In this document: in pieces, positions 11,237 to 23,372 of the stretch
Position numbering within the stretch: position 1 is the stretch's first letter
How the letters are laid out: each line of letters begins with the position of its first letter
Assembly (NCBI GenBank): GCA_046563655.1
Contig: JAJCTO010000011.1
Location: 496,001-560,000, forward strand
Length of the DNA: 64,000 nt
Reading direction: 5' to 3'
From: Yuukianura sp. NJ FZ-2021
Taxonomy: Eukaryota
Made by a program: the position numbers and the translations under genes
The notes under the pieces: generated by a model
Told to the model about the DNA's origin: nothing
Database searches by the model: none
What the model saw: only the letters and a program-made list of their open reading frames with translations

Positions 11237-11600
11237 CATTCGGCTTAAAAGTAACAGCAGCAACAATGAATTGCATGGCAAAAATTTCTTGAAAAATTAA
11301 TAGATTTGACTTTGAATTGACAGAAAAGTTTTCAACAATATTAGCCACGTAAGAGTCCAATAAAGAATTTGAATATTTTCCAAGTATGTACGTCCACATG
11401 GATTCAGCATGTTGATCGTCTTCAAATCCTTGGAGTAGTGGGTATTCGGTAAAAATCCTGTTGCAGCCTTCCTTGGTTCTGATTTGTTGTGTATAGTCCA
11501 CAAAGTTGTCCGATGCCTGGTGGAATTTGTGCTTTAAGATTGGTGACAAGAAATGGTAAACAGGAAACCGGCTCGCCCTTAAATCAAAAAATATGGCCAT
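11232..11600 (-). CDS. Hypothetical terminal Polinton protein
   Basis: ORF with its own poly(A) signal and an upstream TCAGT (11629-11625); no recognised domain. Confidence 0.45.
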   Translation of the reverse strand: MAIFFDLRASRFPVYHFLSPILKHKFHQASDNFVDYTQQIRTKEGCNRIFTEYPLLQGFEDDQHAESMWTYILGKYSNSLLDSYVANIVENFSVNSKSNLLIFQEIFAMQFIVAAVTFKPNE

Positions 11601-11908
11601 GACGCTGTGAAGCTGACAATGCAACTGACTATTTAGGCTTCATCGTCTCCTTTTAACCGTCTTGGTCGCGGTATTCAGGACTCTCATTGGATAACCAAAA
11701 CTCCTCCCCATGGATTCCTATTTGTCCAAGGTGTTAACGGACATAGTGTTAACGGACAAAGGATTAAGCTCACAGGAAGTGTTAATTAAGAAAAGGAAGT
11801 CTTAATTAGTCTGACTTTGATAAGTCATAAGGATCTCACGCCAGTGGGTTTTAAACCTTATGGGTCCAAAGGTCGATTTGGCGTGAAAGTCCCCCCTAGG
11901 CTACTACT

Positions 11909-13547
11909 ATTACACACGGGTTTTTGAAACCAGTGTAAAGCAATTTTTCACCTAACATCTGACGCAGAATCATCGTGGAATGGATGTAAGGCCTTTGAAG
12001 AATTTTCAACTTTTACGCTATAGTGACTTGGTAGTAATACGTTGACATTTTATTACACGGTTTTTTGAAACCAGTGTAAAGCAATTTTTCACCTAAAATC
12101 TGACGCAGAATCATGGTGGAAGGGATATAAGGCTTTTGAAGAATTTTCAACTTTTACGCTATACGGACTTGCTAGTTATACATTGACATTTTATGATTTT
12201 CACACGGTTTTTTGAAACCAGTCTAAAGCAATTTGTCACATAACATCTGACGCAGAATCATCGTTGAAGGGATATAAGGCCTTTGAAGAATTTTCAACTT
12301 TTACGCCATAGAGACTTGGTAGTTATACATTGACATTTTATGATTTTCACACGGTTTTTTGAAACCAGTGTAAAGCAATTTGTCAACTAACATCTGACGC
12401 AGAATCATCGTGGAAGGGATATAAGGCCTTTGAAGAATTTTCAACTTTTACGCTATAGAGATATGGTAGTAATACATTGACGTTTTATGATTTTCACACG
12501 GTTTTTTGAAACCAGTGCAAAGCAATTTGTCACCTAACATCTGACGCAGAATCATCGTCGAAGGGATATAAGGCCTTTGAAGAATTTTCAACTTTTACGC
12601 TATAGAGACTTGCTAGTTATACATTGACATTTTATGATTTTCACACGGTTTTTTGAAACCAGTGTAAAGCAATTTGTCAACTAACATCTGACGCAGAATC
12701 ATCGTGGAAGGGATATAAGGCCTTTGAAGAATTTTCAACTTTTACGCTATAGAGACTTGGTAGTAATACATTGACGTTTTATGATTTTCACGCGGTTTTT
12801 TGAAACCAGTGCAAAGCAATTTGTCACCTAACATCTGACGCAGAATCATCGTGGAAGGGATATAAGGCTTTTGAAGAATTTTCAACTTTTACGCTATACG
12901 GACTTGCTAGTTATACATTGACATTTTATGATTTTCACACGGTTTTTTGAAACCAGTGTAAAGCAATTTGTCAACTAACATCTGACGCAGAATCATCGTG
13001 GAAGGGATATAAGGCCTTTGAAGAATTTTCAACTTTTACGCTATACGGACTTGCTAGTTATACATTGACATTTTATGATTTTCACACGGTTTTTTGAAAC
13101 CAGTCTAAAGCAATTTGTCACATAACATCTGACGCAGAATCATCGTCGAAGGGATATAAGGCCTTTGAAGAATTTTCAACTTTTACGCCATAGAGACTTG
13201 GTAGTTATACATTGACATTTTATGATTTTCACACGGTTTTTTGAAACCAGTGTAAAGCAATTTGTCAACTAACATCTGACGCAGAATCATCGTGGAAGGG
13301 ATATAAGGCCTTTGAAGAATTTTCAACTTTTACGCTATAGAGACTTGGTAGTAATACATTGACGTTTTATGATTTTCATGTTGTTTTTTGAAACCAATGT
13401 AAAGCAATTTGTCAACTAACATCTGACGCAGAATCATCGTAGAAGGGATATAAGGCCTTTGAAGAATTTTCAACTTTTACGCTATACGGACTTGCTAGTT
13501 ATACATTGACATTTTATAATTTTCAAACGGTTTTTTGAAACCAGTGT
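11909..13547 (+). repeat. Satellite A, 147-bp monomer, ~11 copies
   Basis: GAAACC recurs at 11926, 12067, 12214, 12361 ... 13537 (147-bp period; first unit 141 bp). Confidence 0.96.
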
Positions 13548-14431
13548 ATGTAAAATAAATTTAACCTTTTGAGGCTTGAAAAGAAAATTTGCATTTTGTT
13601 GCTGAGACGATATTAATCTTCCATAAAAAACCGATGCATTATGAAGTGATTTGGATGGAATAGCGGATGTTGGATTTTTGTATTTTTATTATAAAACGTT
13701 AATACTTTCCATTATTTACATTTAATTGATTATTTTTAATTAGAAATCGCAAAGTGCAGACCATGCTGCTTGGAATACAGAATTGAAGTGAAGAGGGGAA
13801 TTCCTCTGCTCATCTTCTTCGAAAACCACACTTTTTTCACACTTAAAGCTATACCTATAGCTAACACCTTTCTCCGACACTTTAAATTTGGCGCTTTCCT
13901 GTTGAGAAGCGTCTCAAATGCCAAAACACCGCCCTCCATTGAATGACTCTGTCATTCAATTTTGCACAAATAGAAAAAAAAAGAAAATGATGACCAATTT
14001 TGGAATTGCACACAAATGAAAAAATTGAAGGGTGCTCTGATGCTACTGGATTCGGTGGCTGAAGGTGGACGAAGCCTTCTTCCAATTGCTCAGGCTGGAA
14101 TTTGCCGTTTACTGGACCCTACCAGTAGACCAGAACACAAAAGGTCACACACATTGACACACATTCCAGAATTGGTTCACCTTACGTTCTAGTAATTACT
14201 TTACTCGAACGGAGGGTGTTTTAGCAAATGATTTTACCCCTAATTTTAAATTTGTGGAAAGAGATAAGTATTTAAACTAATTCTAAACCCAACACCTATG
14301 TTTTGAATGCATCAAAGAGATACTTAATTTCTAAGATTTTAAACTTAACTTTAACCCAAAAAATTTAAAGTTATGAAATAAATAAATATTTTTGAATTTA
14401 ACACTATTCACACAAGTTCCCTAGACTTACG

Positions 14432-16120
14432 CTACTCTGGCTCAAGTAGTTTCACAATTTTCACAATTGGACGAAGAAACACATGATCCTTGACTTTGGA
14501 TTGACCTTTCTTGTCGATTTCTGTCGTCTTGTGAGTTACTTCCACTGATCGAACTAAGTTGTCATCTGCAGCGAATGTTTTGGTGATTCTGGCGAGTTTC
14601 CACTTCAACGGTGGAGTGTCATCGTCCTTGATTAACACGAGATCGCCAGTCTTCACATTTTCAGCCTCGTTTCGCCACTTGTTACGTTGCTGGAGTAGAT
14701 TGAGGTACTCTTTCTTCCAGCGATTCCAGAAATGTTCAGACATCTGCTGGACACGTTGCCATCTCGACAGTCGATTTTCTTTGATTTCAGCCAAACTTGG
14801 CTCTGGTATGGCGAGTAACGGCTTCCCAATGAGGAAATCGCCTGGAGTCAACGCCTCAACGTCATCTGGGTCACGAGATTTTGCACATATCGGCCGTGAG
14901 TTGAGGACTGCTTCCACCATCGTCAGGAGCGTATGGAATTCTTCCAGTGTCAAAGTGGTGGATCCAACCACTCTCCTGAGGTGGTACTTAGCCGACTTTA
15001 CTCCTGACTCCCATAATCCACCCATGTGAGGAGCATCAGGAGGTATGAACTTCCACGTTATACCTGAAATGCACAAAAAATCAGAAATTTTAGTGTCATG
15101 TAAAATCTTTTGCCATTCTGCAATTTCATTGGCTGGACCCACGAAGTTTTTGCAGTTATCAGAATGGATTACAGACACAAGCCCTCTAATGGAAATAAGT
15201 CTTTTAAGAGTCGCTAGAAATGCTGCAGTGGTCAAATCAGTCACGGGTTCCAAATGAATTGCCCGTGTGGCAAAACAGACAAACACGCAGAAATACCCAT
15301 CAAATTGCCTCTTGCCACGCCCATATTTTTCTTGTAGCTTAATAGGGCCTGCGTAGTCGACTCCACAGTGAGTAAATGGCGGAGAAGGAGTTACTCTCGC
15401 CTTTGGTAGTGCTCCCATCAATTGTTCACTGGCTTTGGCTCGTAGTCTTTTGCACTTTAGGCAGTCTCTGACCACCTGACGAATTGTGACACGGGCTCTC
15501 ACAATCCAAAACTTTTTTGCCAAGTTGGCCCACAACAGCTGATAATTGGCGTGTAAATAAAATTGGTGGTAGTACCTTACCATGATTTTGGTGAAATGAC
15601 TATGACCTGATAGTATGATGGCGTGACACTGGTCACTCGGTAGGTCTGACTTTTGGAGTCTACCTCCAACGCGCATGACTCCATGACTGTCCAGGAATGG
15701 ATTTAGTGATTCTAGTGCACTTCCCTTGTCCACACGATTATTCCTCTTTAAGGCCATTATGTCATCATTGTAGTCGTCTTCTTGTGCTACTTTGATGCAG
15801 ATGAGGAGGGCTCTGTCCGTTTCTTCAACTGATAGATCACCAGTAAGCCTCTCCCCCTGTTTCAAACTCCTGCAATTGGAAACAAAACGCATGGCGTGCG
15901 CTACCGCACGGTTAAGCCTCATGAAATTTGAAAAACGATTAATCATTTCACGATCAATTATGGCAAGATTCACCTTTACCTTTCGTAATTCCAGGAGCTC
16001 AGAGTGGTCACTTACTTTACCCACTGACTCAAATACTGGCAAATTTACATTTTCTAACCAGTCTGGGCCACACCACCATAATTTTGAACTTACAAGTTCC
16101 TCTGCTGCGATTCCACGAGT
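14432..16120 (-). mobile_element. Bel/Pao LTR retrotransposon pol fragment (RNase H end plus integrase), 5'-truncated by a Helentron-like insertion
   Basis: TRG..LWWCGPDWL, LNPFLD..RVGGRL, HHCC zinc finger, GVDYAGP, SDN, GGLWES, WKKEYL. Confidence 0.9.
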
Positions 16121-17116
16121 TGGAGACGCACGTCTACGACGTGCTGAAGAAGACTATTGATACGACTTTGTCCGTCCGTCCGTCACACTTTTTAGGACTT
16201 TTTGCACTGAAACATTAGCCCCATTATTGACCGGGGGTTCTGTATCGCTCAAGTGTTTTCATTATGTCTACATTCCACTCAAAGTGTTATCTTAACAACG
16301 TAGAAGTGGGCGGCTACTTTACGTATCCGCAGTATAGTGGCTCCGCAATGCTGTTTTGGTTTCGATTACACTCAAAATATATTTAAACAACGAAGTTTTG
16401 ACTCTGTCATTTTCTGATAGTATGTTTATTTGGGTTGTTAAATTAAGACTGATCAGAGGGTGGAAAATCCGGCTTAAATGTTTAATATGTGAATAGTGCA
16501 TGACAGGGGTCAAATCTGCAGTTACTAGAAATTTTTATAATTTGGATTTTTACAAGCCATATTCGACCCCTCACTCTAGCGTTCATTTTTGTGCATGTTG
16601 CACAGTTATGACCAACTGGGATACATAAACGTTGAATTGTGATGCATGCACACAACTGAAAGTTTGTGCATGCTTGAGAACGATTGTGCATCAAAATAAT
16701 TTTGAGCAGAGTGAAATCTGAGCCCAATTTGAACAACATTATGATGCAGTTAAATTAACGCTGTTATGTGTAATGTATTGCCATGCAAACAATCGAAAAT
16801 ACAGTGTGTATTTTGCTCAAGAAATTAACAACATCAATTCAGTGGAGGTATTGTGAGCCTCAAAACCAAATCATGACTTTGGTGCAATTAAACTGTAAAA
16901 TTGCCAAGACAATTTTAGTGCAATTCATGCACAAAATAACATCTCACATTCGCACTGAAAATTTTTAACGACCTTTTAGAGCATCAATTCCATGAAAACG
17001 GTTTCTCACCTTATTGTCACACGGTTTTGTGGCCGGCGGATCTAAAAGTCGTATCAATTGTCAACTCCCTCCAGAAGACCTATGCTCAACCCTTGAGCAT
17101 TGCCCTACCTTGTTTT
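16121..17116 (+). mobile_element. Non-autonomous Helentron/DINE-1-like element, copy 1
   Basis: 5' ATTGATACGACTTT followed by (GTCC)n; 3' inverted AAAGTCGTATCAAT (~17046), hairpin ATGCTCAA-CCC-TTGAGCAT and a T-rich end. Confidence 0.7.
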
Positions 17117-17281
17117 TCTTTTAACTAGAGTGGACATGAGGCATTTTTTCAACAAAATTTTTGAAGCAAATTAAAAGAGGTTAAAAGAGGTAAAAAACCG
17201 ATTTCACCTGAACTTTAAGCTCGGTTCACACAAACGACGAAATTTAGATTTTCAGTTTTCAAAATTTCTAAAATTATGAAT

Positions 17282-18106
17282 AAACAAGGTAGGGCAATGC
17301 TCAAGGGTTGAGCATAGGCCTTCTGGAGGAAGTTGACAATTGATTGAAACGACATTTAGACCGACCTACCGCAAAACTGTGGACAAACTGAGAAACCGTT
17401 TTTATGGAGAAGAGTCAAATATAGTTTCTTTAAAATACTCATCGTTTCATGTTAATTCACAATGTGTTAAATTAAGTTATAAGCTATAGAGTCGAATATC
17501 ATTGTTAAAATCGAAATTATAAATGCGTCTCCAGAAGACTAAAATTGGTTTATGCAAATGCACAATTCAACGTTTATGTAATCCCTATTGGTCATAAGTG
17601 TGCAACGTGCACAAAAATAAACGTTGGAGTGAGGGGTCGAATATCGATTGTGAAAATCGAAATTATGAAAATTTCTAGTAAAATGCAATTCTGACCCGTG
17701 CTATGCACTATTCACATATTAAACATTTAAGCCGGAATTTCCACCCTCTGATAAGTATTAATTTAACAACGTAATTAAACATAGTGCCAGAAAGTGACCA
17801 GATCAAAACTCCGTTGTGTATAAATAATTTGAGTGCAATCGAAACCAAAACAGGTTTGCGGAGCCACGATACTGCGGGTACATAAAGTAGCCGCTAATTT
17901 CTATGTTGTTAATTTAACATTTTGAGTGAAATGTAGAGGTAGAGAAAACACTTGAGCCGTAGATAACCCCCCGACTGCGATGGGGCTTATGTTTCAGTGT
18001 AAAGGATCCTAAAAAACGTTACGGACAGACGGACGGACGGACAGACAAAGTCGTATCAATAGTCTTCTTCAGCATGTCGTAGATATGCGTCTCCAGAAGA
18101 CTAAAA
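17282..18106 (-). mobile_element. Non-autonomous Helentron/DINE-1-like element, copy 2 (inverted)
   Basis: Reverse-complement homolog of copy 1 with 5' TTTTAGTCTTCTGGAGACGCA, (GTCC/GTCT)n and the same 3' hairpin; extra 5'-end fragment at ~17524-17544. Confidence 0.7.
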
Positions 18107-18789
18107 TGCGAAAAGCAGGTTTTTTAAGACTTTTTAGACAAAATATCCGCGCATATCTGTCATGATTCAAATGGTGACTAGTAGTGTGCCAAGAGGAGGT
18201 GGCAGCGGCAGCAACCCAACAATTGCTTCTGCTGCTGAAATTGCTTTGGCAAAAAGTTAAATTGAAGTTACTATTTACTAATTCTAATTAAATTACTGAT
18301 ACTTAAGTTAATTACATCTAAACAACCTATCTACATCTAAGTTACTATCTACTTACTAAGTATACATCAATGGTAGAAAACACCAGGTCATTCTCCCGTG
18401 ATTTAGGAACTATGGATCTGACACGGGTGTCACTGATTTGTTTGGAGTTTGAGGCGACACAAACAGTCAAACAGTTTCTGAAGTTCAAAGTGTGGATCTT
18501 CAATTGGTGAACCCTGGAGTCAAATTAACTTCCTTCTAATTAGTTTCACTGCAATTGAGACTTCAAGCTGCTGTAGCTCAGAAGTTATGGATATCCTTCT
18601 AAAGTATCTAAAGTACTGCCACAACCGTTCTCTACAAATCTCCCTTGCAGTAAAGTTAATTAGCAAGAAGTTTATTTGGCTCCACGATTCACCAACCAAA
18701 GATCCACCCTTTGCAATTCAAAAATTATTTGACTGTCTTTTCAACTTTTTTTTATTGACAATTTTAGAAAGTTTGAAGGAACGTTTGAA

Positions 18790-19012
18790 TTTCGTCGTGA
18801 GAACCGGGCTTAAAGTTCAGGTGAAATCGGTTTTTTTACCTCTTTTAATTTGCTTCAAAAATTTTGTTGAAAGAATGCCTCATGTCCACTCTAGTTAAAA
18901 GAAAAACAAGGTAGGGCAATGCTCAAGGGTTGAGCATAGGTTTTCTGGAGGGAGTTGACAATTGATACGACTTTTAGATCCGCCGGCCACAAAACCGTGT
19001 AACAATAAGGTG
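18790..19012 (-). repeat. Inverted copy of ~17007-17240 (element 3' end plus its flank)
   Basis: Near-identical reverse complement that includes sequence beyond the hairpin. Confidence 0.8.
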
Positions 19013-19278
19013 TTACTCTAGTTAAAAGAAAAAACGAAAAATCGTCGTCTTGACAACTCTATGTGCATAATACGTTGCTACGGGAAAAAAACGGTTTTTT
19101 GTTTTCCCCAGCGGTTTTTTAAAACCAATTGCAGACGACTAGTGCAGAAGATGCAAACTGAGTTGAATACTAACCTAGGGGAATCGGGATGCTTGCACAA
19201 GCCTGGGACAAATTAACAAACTAATTAACCTAATCAACTCAGTTATGCAATTCAGCTTGCAGTGAGGCTTTATTTATC

Positions 19279-19395
19279 TTTTTTTTCTTCGGGCAGTATG
19301 AGGACTGACCCGAGTTTCGAACCTGCGACCTCGTCCTCCACTCTGCGGGATAGGAAAAAGTAAAGCAGCCGGTGTGACCACCGGACCATGGTGCC
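19279..19395 (-). mobile_element. Possible tRNA-derived SINE remnant
   Basis: A-box-like TGGTCCGGTGG, B-box GGTTCGAAAC and an A-rich tail; no cloverleaf apparent. Confidence 0.35.
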
Positions 19396-19656
19396 TGCTT
19401 ATCCAGTGGAGGCTTACCAATACTGTTTTCCCACACCACCCATTATGCAACTGAATAGTGTAGCCACCTATTGTAGCCACAAAGTGGCTACACTGTGCCG
19501 ATACAATGAAGGTTGCAAAACCTTATCTCAACCGATTGTAAGCATAATAGAAAATCTAACCCAAAAAAGTTTCGATTTGAGAGGATCTATTGTACAAATT
19601 TTGAACGCGGCCAAATTTCAAAATAAAAAATTTACACATCCTTTGAATTTCAGAAA

Positions 19657-20258
19657 TTATATTTTAATTAAAATTAACTTTGTGTAAATTACCTCTCTCA
19701 TAATTTGCAGTCCGTCTTGACGACTAGTTCGATGGTGCGTTAGATCAAGCATCCATCGAGCTAAAATGACGACACATTTGCTACGACTTCCCAAATCACT
19801 GTACTCTGCATCTAAGTCCAAAGCAGTCGGTGGTGGATGTCGTACGGCGATGTCACACTTGACTTTTTGTAATTCAGCGACATTTTGAAAAGCCAGTTTG
19901 AAGTGTAAATTGATCAATTCATGCAAATATTCGAATCCAGGAAGATAATTCTGGTCAATTCCTGCTAAAGTAAACAAATCCATCGTGGTTTCAACTTCCT
20001 CCAGCGTCATTCTTGCTTTCTCTAGATCTCCAGCAACAATTTCCAGAAAAAGTTGAACAAATAGAGCCAAAGTGGACTAAACATGTTTCGTTTCCTTACA
20101 GAAGAATCAGCCTCTTCTTTGTCTTCCGAACTTGTTGAGTTTTTGAGAAAATTGACTTCCTTCATTTTTTCTTTAATCGTATCAGTAGATACTTCCGCAG
20201 TATCATTCCAGTATAGCAAGTAATGCTTGCAAGCAGCCAGCTCTTCAATCGTCTCCAT
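19657..20258 (-). pseudogene. Unidentified helical protein gene fragment (two overlapping frames)
   Basis: Protein-like ORFs 20258-20022 and 20070-19657; possible splice donor near 19692; no family recognised. Confidence 0.3.
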
Positions 20259-21082
20259 ACTTGTTTTTTTAGTTTCAAAGTTAAAATAATTGAAAACTCA
20301 AAAGCTTGACTTTTTTAGTAAATCGACTGCACTGAATTGCAATCTTGCACTTTGATTGGCCCAAAACCACATTCAGTTAAGTCCGTTTGAGAAATGATAA
20401 AAAAGAGGTTTTTCAACTGTTGGTTTATAATGAAGAGAAGTTCGAAGTGTAAGTAAAAGATCGATTTGGTCAGACGGATTAGTCATACTGTTCCTACAAT
20501 TTTGTGAGACTTGTGTTTTAGGGTGGGTTAGTTTTAGCATAGAAATTTTCATGCGAGTGCAGCGTATCTTTCCACTTTACCACAAAAATGCAGTCAGGAA
20601 AGCTGCAAAAACGTTTCGTTCAACTTTGCAGTTTTGCGAAATTTGATGACAAAGACAAAGAAACTGGCATATCCAGCGTCAAATGTAATTGAAAAATCTT
20701 AAAAAGCTGTGGTTAACTAGTCATTTCTGTGGTTTATCATTATGATTTCAACCGATGTTACGAAGTTGGTGTAAAGTTTTAAAATTAGGAATGTTAAAAT
20801 AGTTAAATGAGGTGGTGTTGCACTTCACTGCTGTTTTTCTTAGGTTAGATTTATGAAAAAAATGTGCATGTAATTTGAATATTTATGTTTTTATCAATTA
20901 AATTGTGCTGTTATATAACCACATTGTGTTTAAAATTCCGGGAATTTAGTTCTAGTCAACTTTTATTTTTCAATCATGGTTCAATGAGAAACCTTAATTT
21001 TGAAAGTGTGACTTAATATTTCAGTTTGATGTTATGTTTCAAAATTTCCGTTCTTCTTAGAATCATGGTTGAGTCAAGTTAA

Positions 21083-21933
21083 TTAATATATGCTGCTGGG
21101 AGTAGTTCCTGCTCCACCAGCATCTTCTTCATAACAACCGCATCGCTGAACAGCATTGGCAGCATCGTTGATTCCAACATTTCCCAAATCCCTGTAGCCA
21201 TAGGAGTAATCTTCTTGACGTACGGCATGCCCATAACAACCTTTGTCCCGGAACAAAACGACACAGTTACCGTTCGTATGAAGCGACGTTATCATATTGG
21301 AGGCAGAAGCGGGGAAGTTCTGGCAACGACAAGTTCCGGCGACGGTAATATTCCAATGACGCCCTGAATAATTAGTCAAAATTGAACATTAATTTGATTA
21401 AGCGTTTTGCAAATCAACTCAAACTTTGACGTTCTTGGAAAATGTAATACAGAAGAAATACAAAAAAGTAATACTTTTAGCAACTTTTTTTTTGGTTAAG
21501 ACGCCGAGCCATTTTAGCCAACCAATTACAACGTGTTGCTAGAAGCGGAGCTTCTCATTCAGGAATAAGCTCTTATTGGCTGGTTGAGAGGAGAGTTCTT
21601 ATTGGTGCTTTGGCAGGAGTTCTCTGATTGGAAGGTTGGGTGAGAGGAGCGCGCTGATTGGTTGAGAGGGGACTTCCGGTGAATTATAGAACGATGGGTT
21701 CTTCTGTATTTCATTTCTTTTTTCGTTTCGCATCTTTTAGTGTTAGAATTTTTGAAATTGAAAAAAAATGAAAGGTTACCATTAAAGTAATGCTCAAAAA
21801 TGGTGACGTAAGGCAATCTTCCAGACTGTTCGGGACCAAATTGTCCATTCCCTTCTCGTTGTGCTACAACACAAATGCCTCCAAGGATGGTCACACCCAA
21901 AACCAAAAACATTCCTTTCAAAAAGAAATTCAT
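21083..21933 (-). CDS. Small secreted Cys-rich beta/gamma-crystallin-like protein, 144 aa; exons 21933-21780 and 21363-21083
   Basis: Hydrophobic signal peptide; GT-AG intron 21779-21364 with branch-like CTAAT joins VTIFEHYFN-G-RHWN; Greek-key-like VTIFE..F.G, NMITSL, CVVLF..C.G, DL..GIND; TATAAAA at ~22030. Confidence 0.7.
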
Positions 21934-22904
21934 TTCAAAAGTTCGAAAATCTTTTTTTTTTAATTAAGTGTTAGAAAGTCCTTTGAAGCTTTTGCGACTG
22001 CGAGTCGACTAAATCCGTTCGCATTGTTTTATAAATTTTGAAAATTAATTTAGCACTCTAATTCCAATATCATAACCGCAATAAATCCAAACACACCGAG
22101 ATTCCCAGTTACAATTTCCGCGTACATGTACATTTTTCGGCATCGGCAGTAAACATTCGCTTGTGAACAGATAAATATTGTTGTGGTATTTTCAATTAAA
22201 ACTTATAGGAAGTATCCGTATGGATTAGTAAATGTGGTTCAACTAATTAAGAACCGCCGATTCTGGATTAACTTTTGTAGATTTTACAATTCCTCGCGGC
22301 TTACAGATGATGTTAGAAGAAAACCACTTACGATTAGTTCAAAATTTCCAATTTGATATATTACTTAATATAACAATTTACCTTATTTCACTGAATCATT
22401 TGAACGCTGAATACAAAGCTAGAAGTTGTGATTTCAGATTCGTTTATTGAGAAATTTATTTACATTGCGGGGTGGTCCCAGCTTTTTGACAAAATGAAAG
22501 TAGAGTGGCGCTTTACACACTTACATGAAAAACTTTTTTTTTAATTTTTTACATTGCTTATACGTGGTAGTGCACATAGATGTTTCGCTAATATTTTCTA
22601 CAACGTTCATTTTTAATTTCATAATATACAACATAAGCGCATACGTTTTTGTTTTTATGTCCTTAAAATTGCGGCAAATGCATGTTACGAGTGCGTCTTG
22701 TAGTCGAGGAAATACGGTAGTAGGCAATGAGATACACTTCTCATTTGAGTTATATTTGTATAAAGTACCAATCGTACTTCATAAATGAATGCAAAAGTGC
22801 ATAAACCCAAGCACCACAGGAGCATGTAGAAACACGTAATAATATTTCTGTCAGGCTCAGTTTTCGAGGTCGAGTCTTTAGCCACTGTGTTTTTTCATGC
22901 TCAC

Positions 22905-23253
22905 TATTGAAAGTACTGCTGACTCTCGGTAAAATGGACTATTCGAACCACCGGTTCGAATATCCGTTAATCAAATAATTGAGAACTCAAAGAACTCAGC
23001 GAAGAGACAGGAGATGTAAATGATTATTACTTTTAATTACTTGAATCAATCAAATTACACCAATGAAGTGAGAGCGCAAAAACTTAGCTCCTAACGGCTC
23101 CACTTCTTCCTATCAACTTAACTCATTACACACACAAAAGGTTAGGATTTCTGAACAAAAATCAAATACAAAAGAAACCTAACCGACAAAATGCTATTTT
23201 AAAATTAGAGCCCTTCAGGCTCCTCCCATACAAAAAGTCTCATATTTCTAACA
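22905..23253 (-). repeat. 3' LTR
   Basis: Matches 28898-29246 apart from one substitution seen (GGATTTCTG vs GGATTCCTG). Confidence 0.95.
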
Positions 23254-23372
23254 TCTTCCCACCTTTCTTTGACGGGAGTTAAAGAAACAATTAAAGGTTT
23301 AAAAGTAAATTAGTCAATTAATGAAATGAATGAAAAAATTAATCAAATTATACAAAAATTCAAATCAAAAAA

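Larger units (their letters stand above)
1..11908. mobile_element. Polinton/Maverick (adintovirus-like) endogenous viral element, right-hand part; left end outside window
   Basis: Clustered pPolB, RVE integrase, A32-like ATPase, penton, double-jelly-roll capsid and adenain; ends in CTACTACT (11901-11908), the reverse complement of the AGTAGT-type Polinton terminus. Confidence 0.95.

Noticed and set aside
13900..14430. LTR/PBS for the 14.4-16.1 kb Bel/Pao fragment
   Set aside because: No second LTR copy, PPT or TSD could be fixed with confidence
21500..21680. Short degenerate ATTGG..GGTTGAGAGG repeats in the intron
   Set aside because: Too short and degenerate to assign; probably a small repeat remnant
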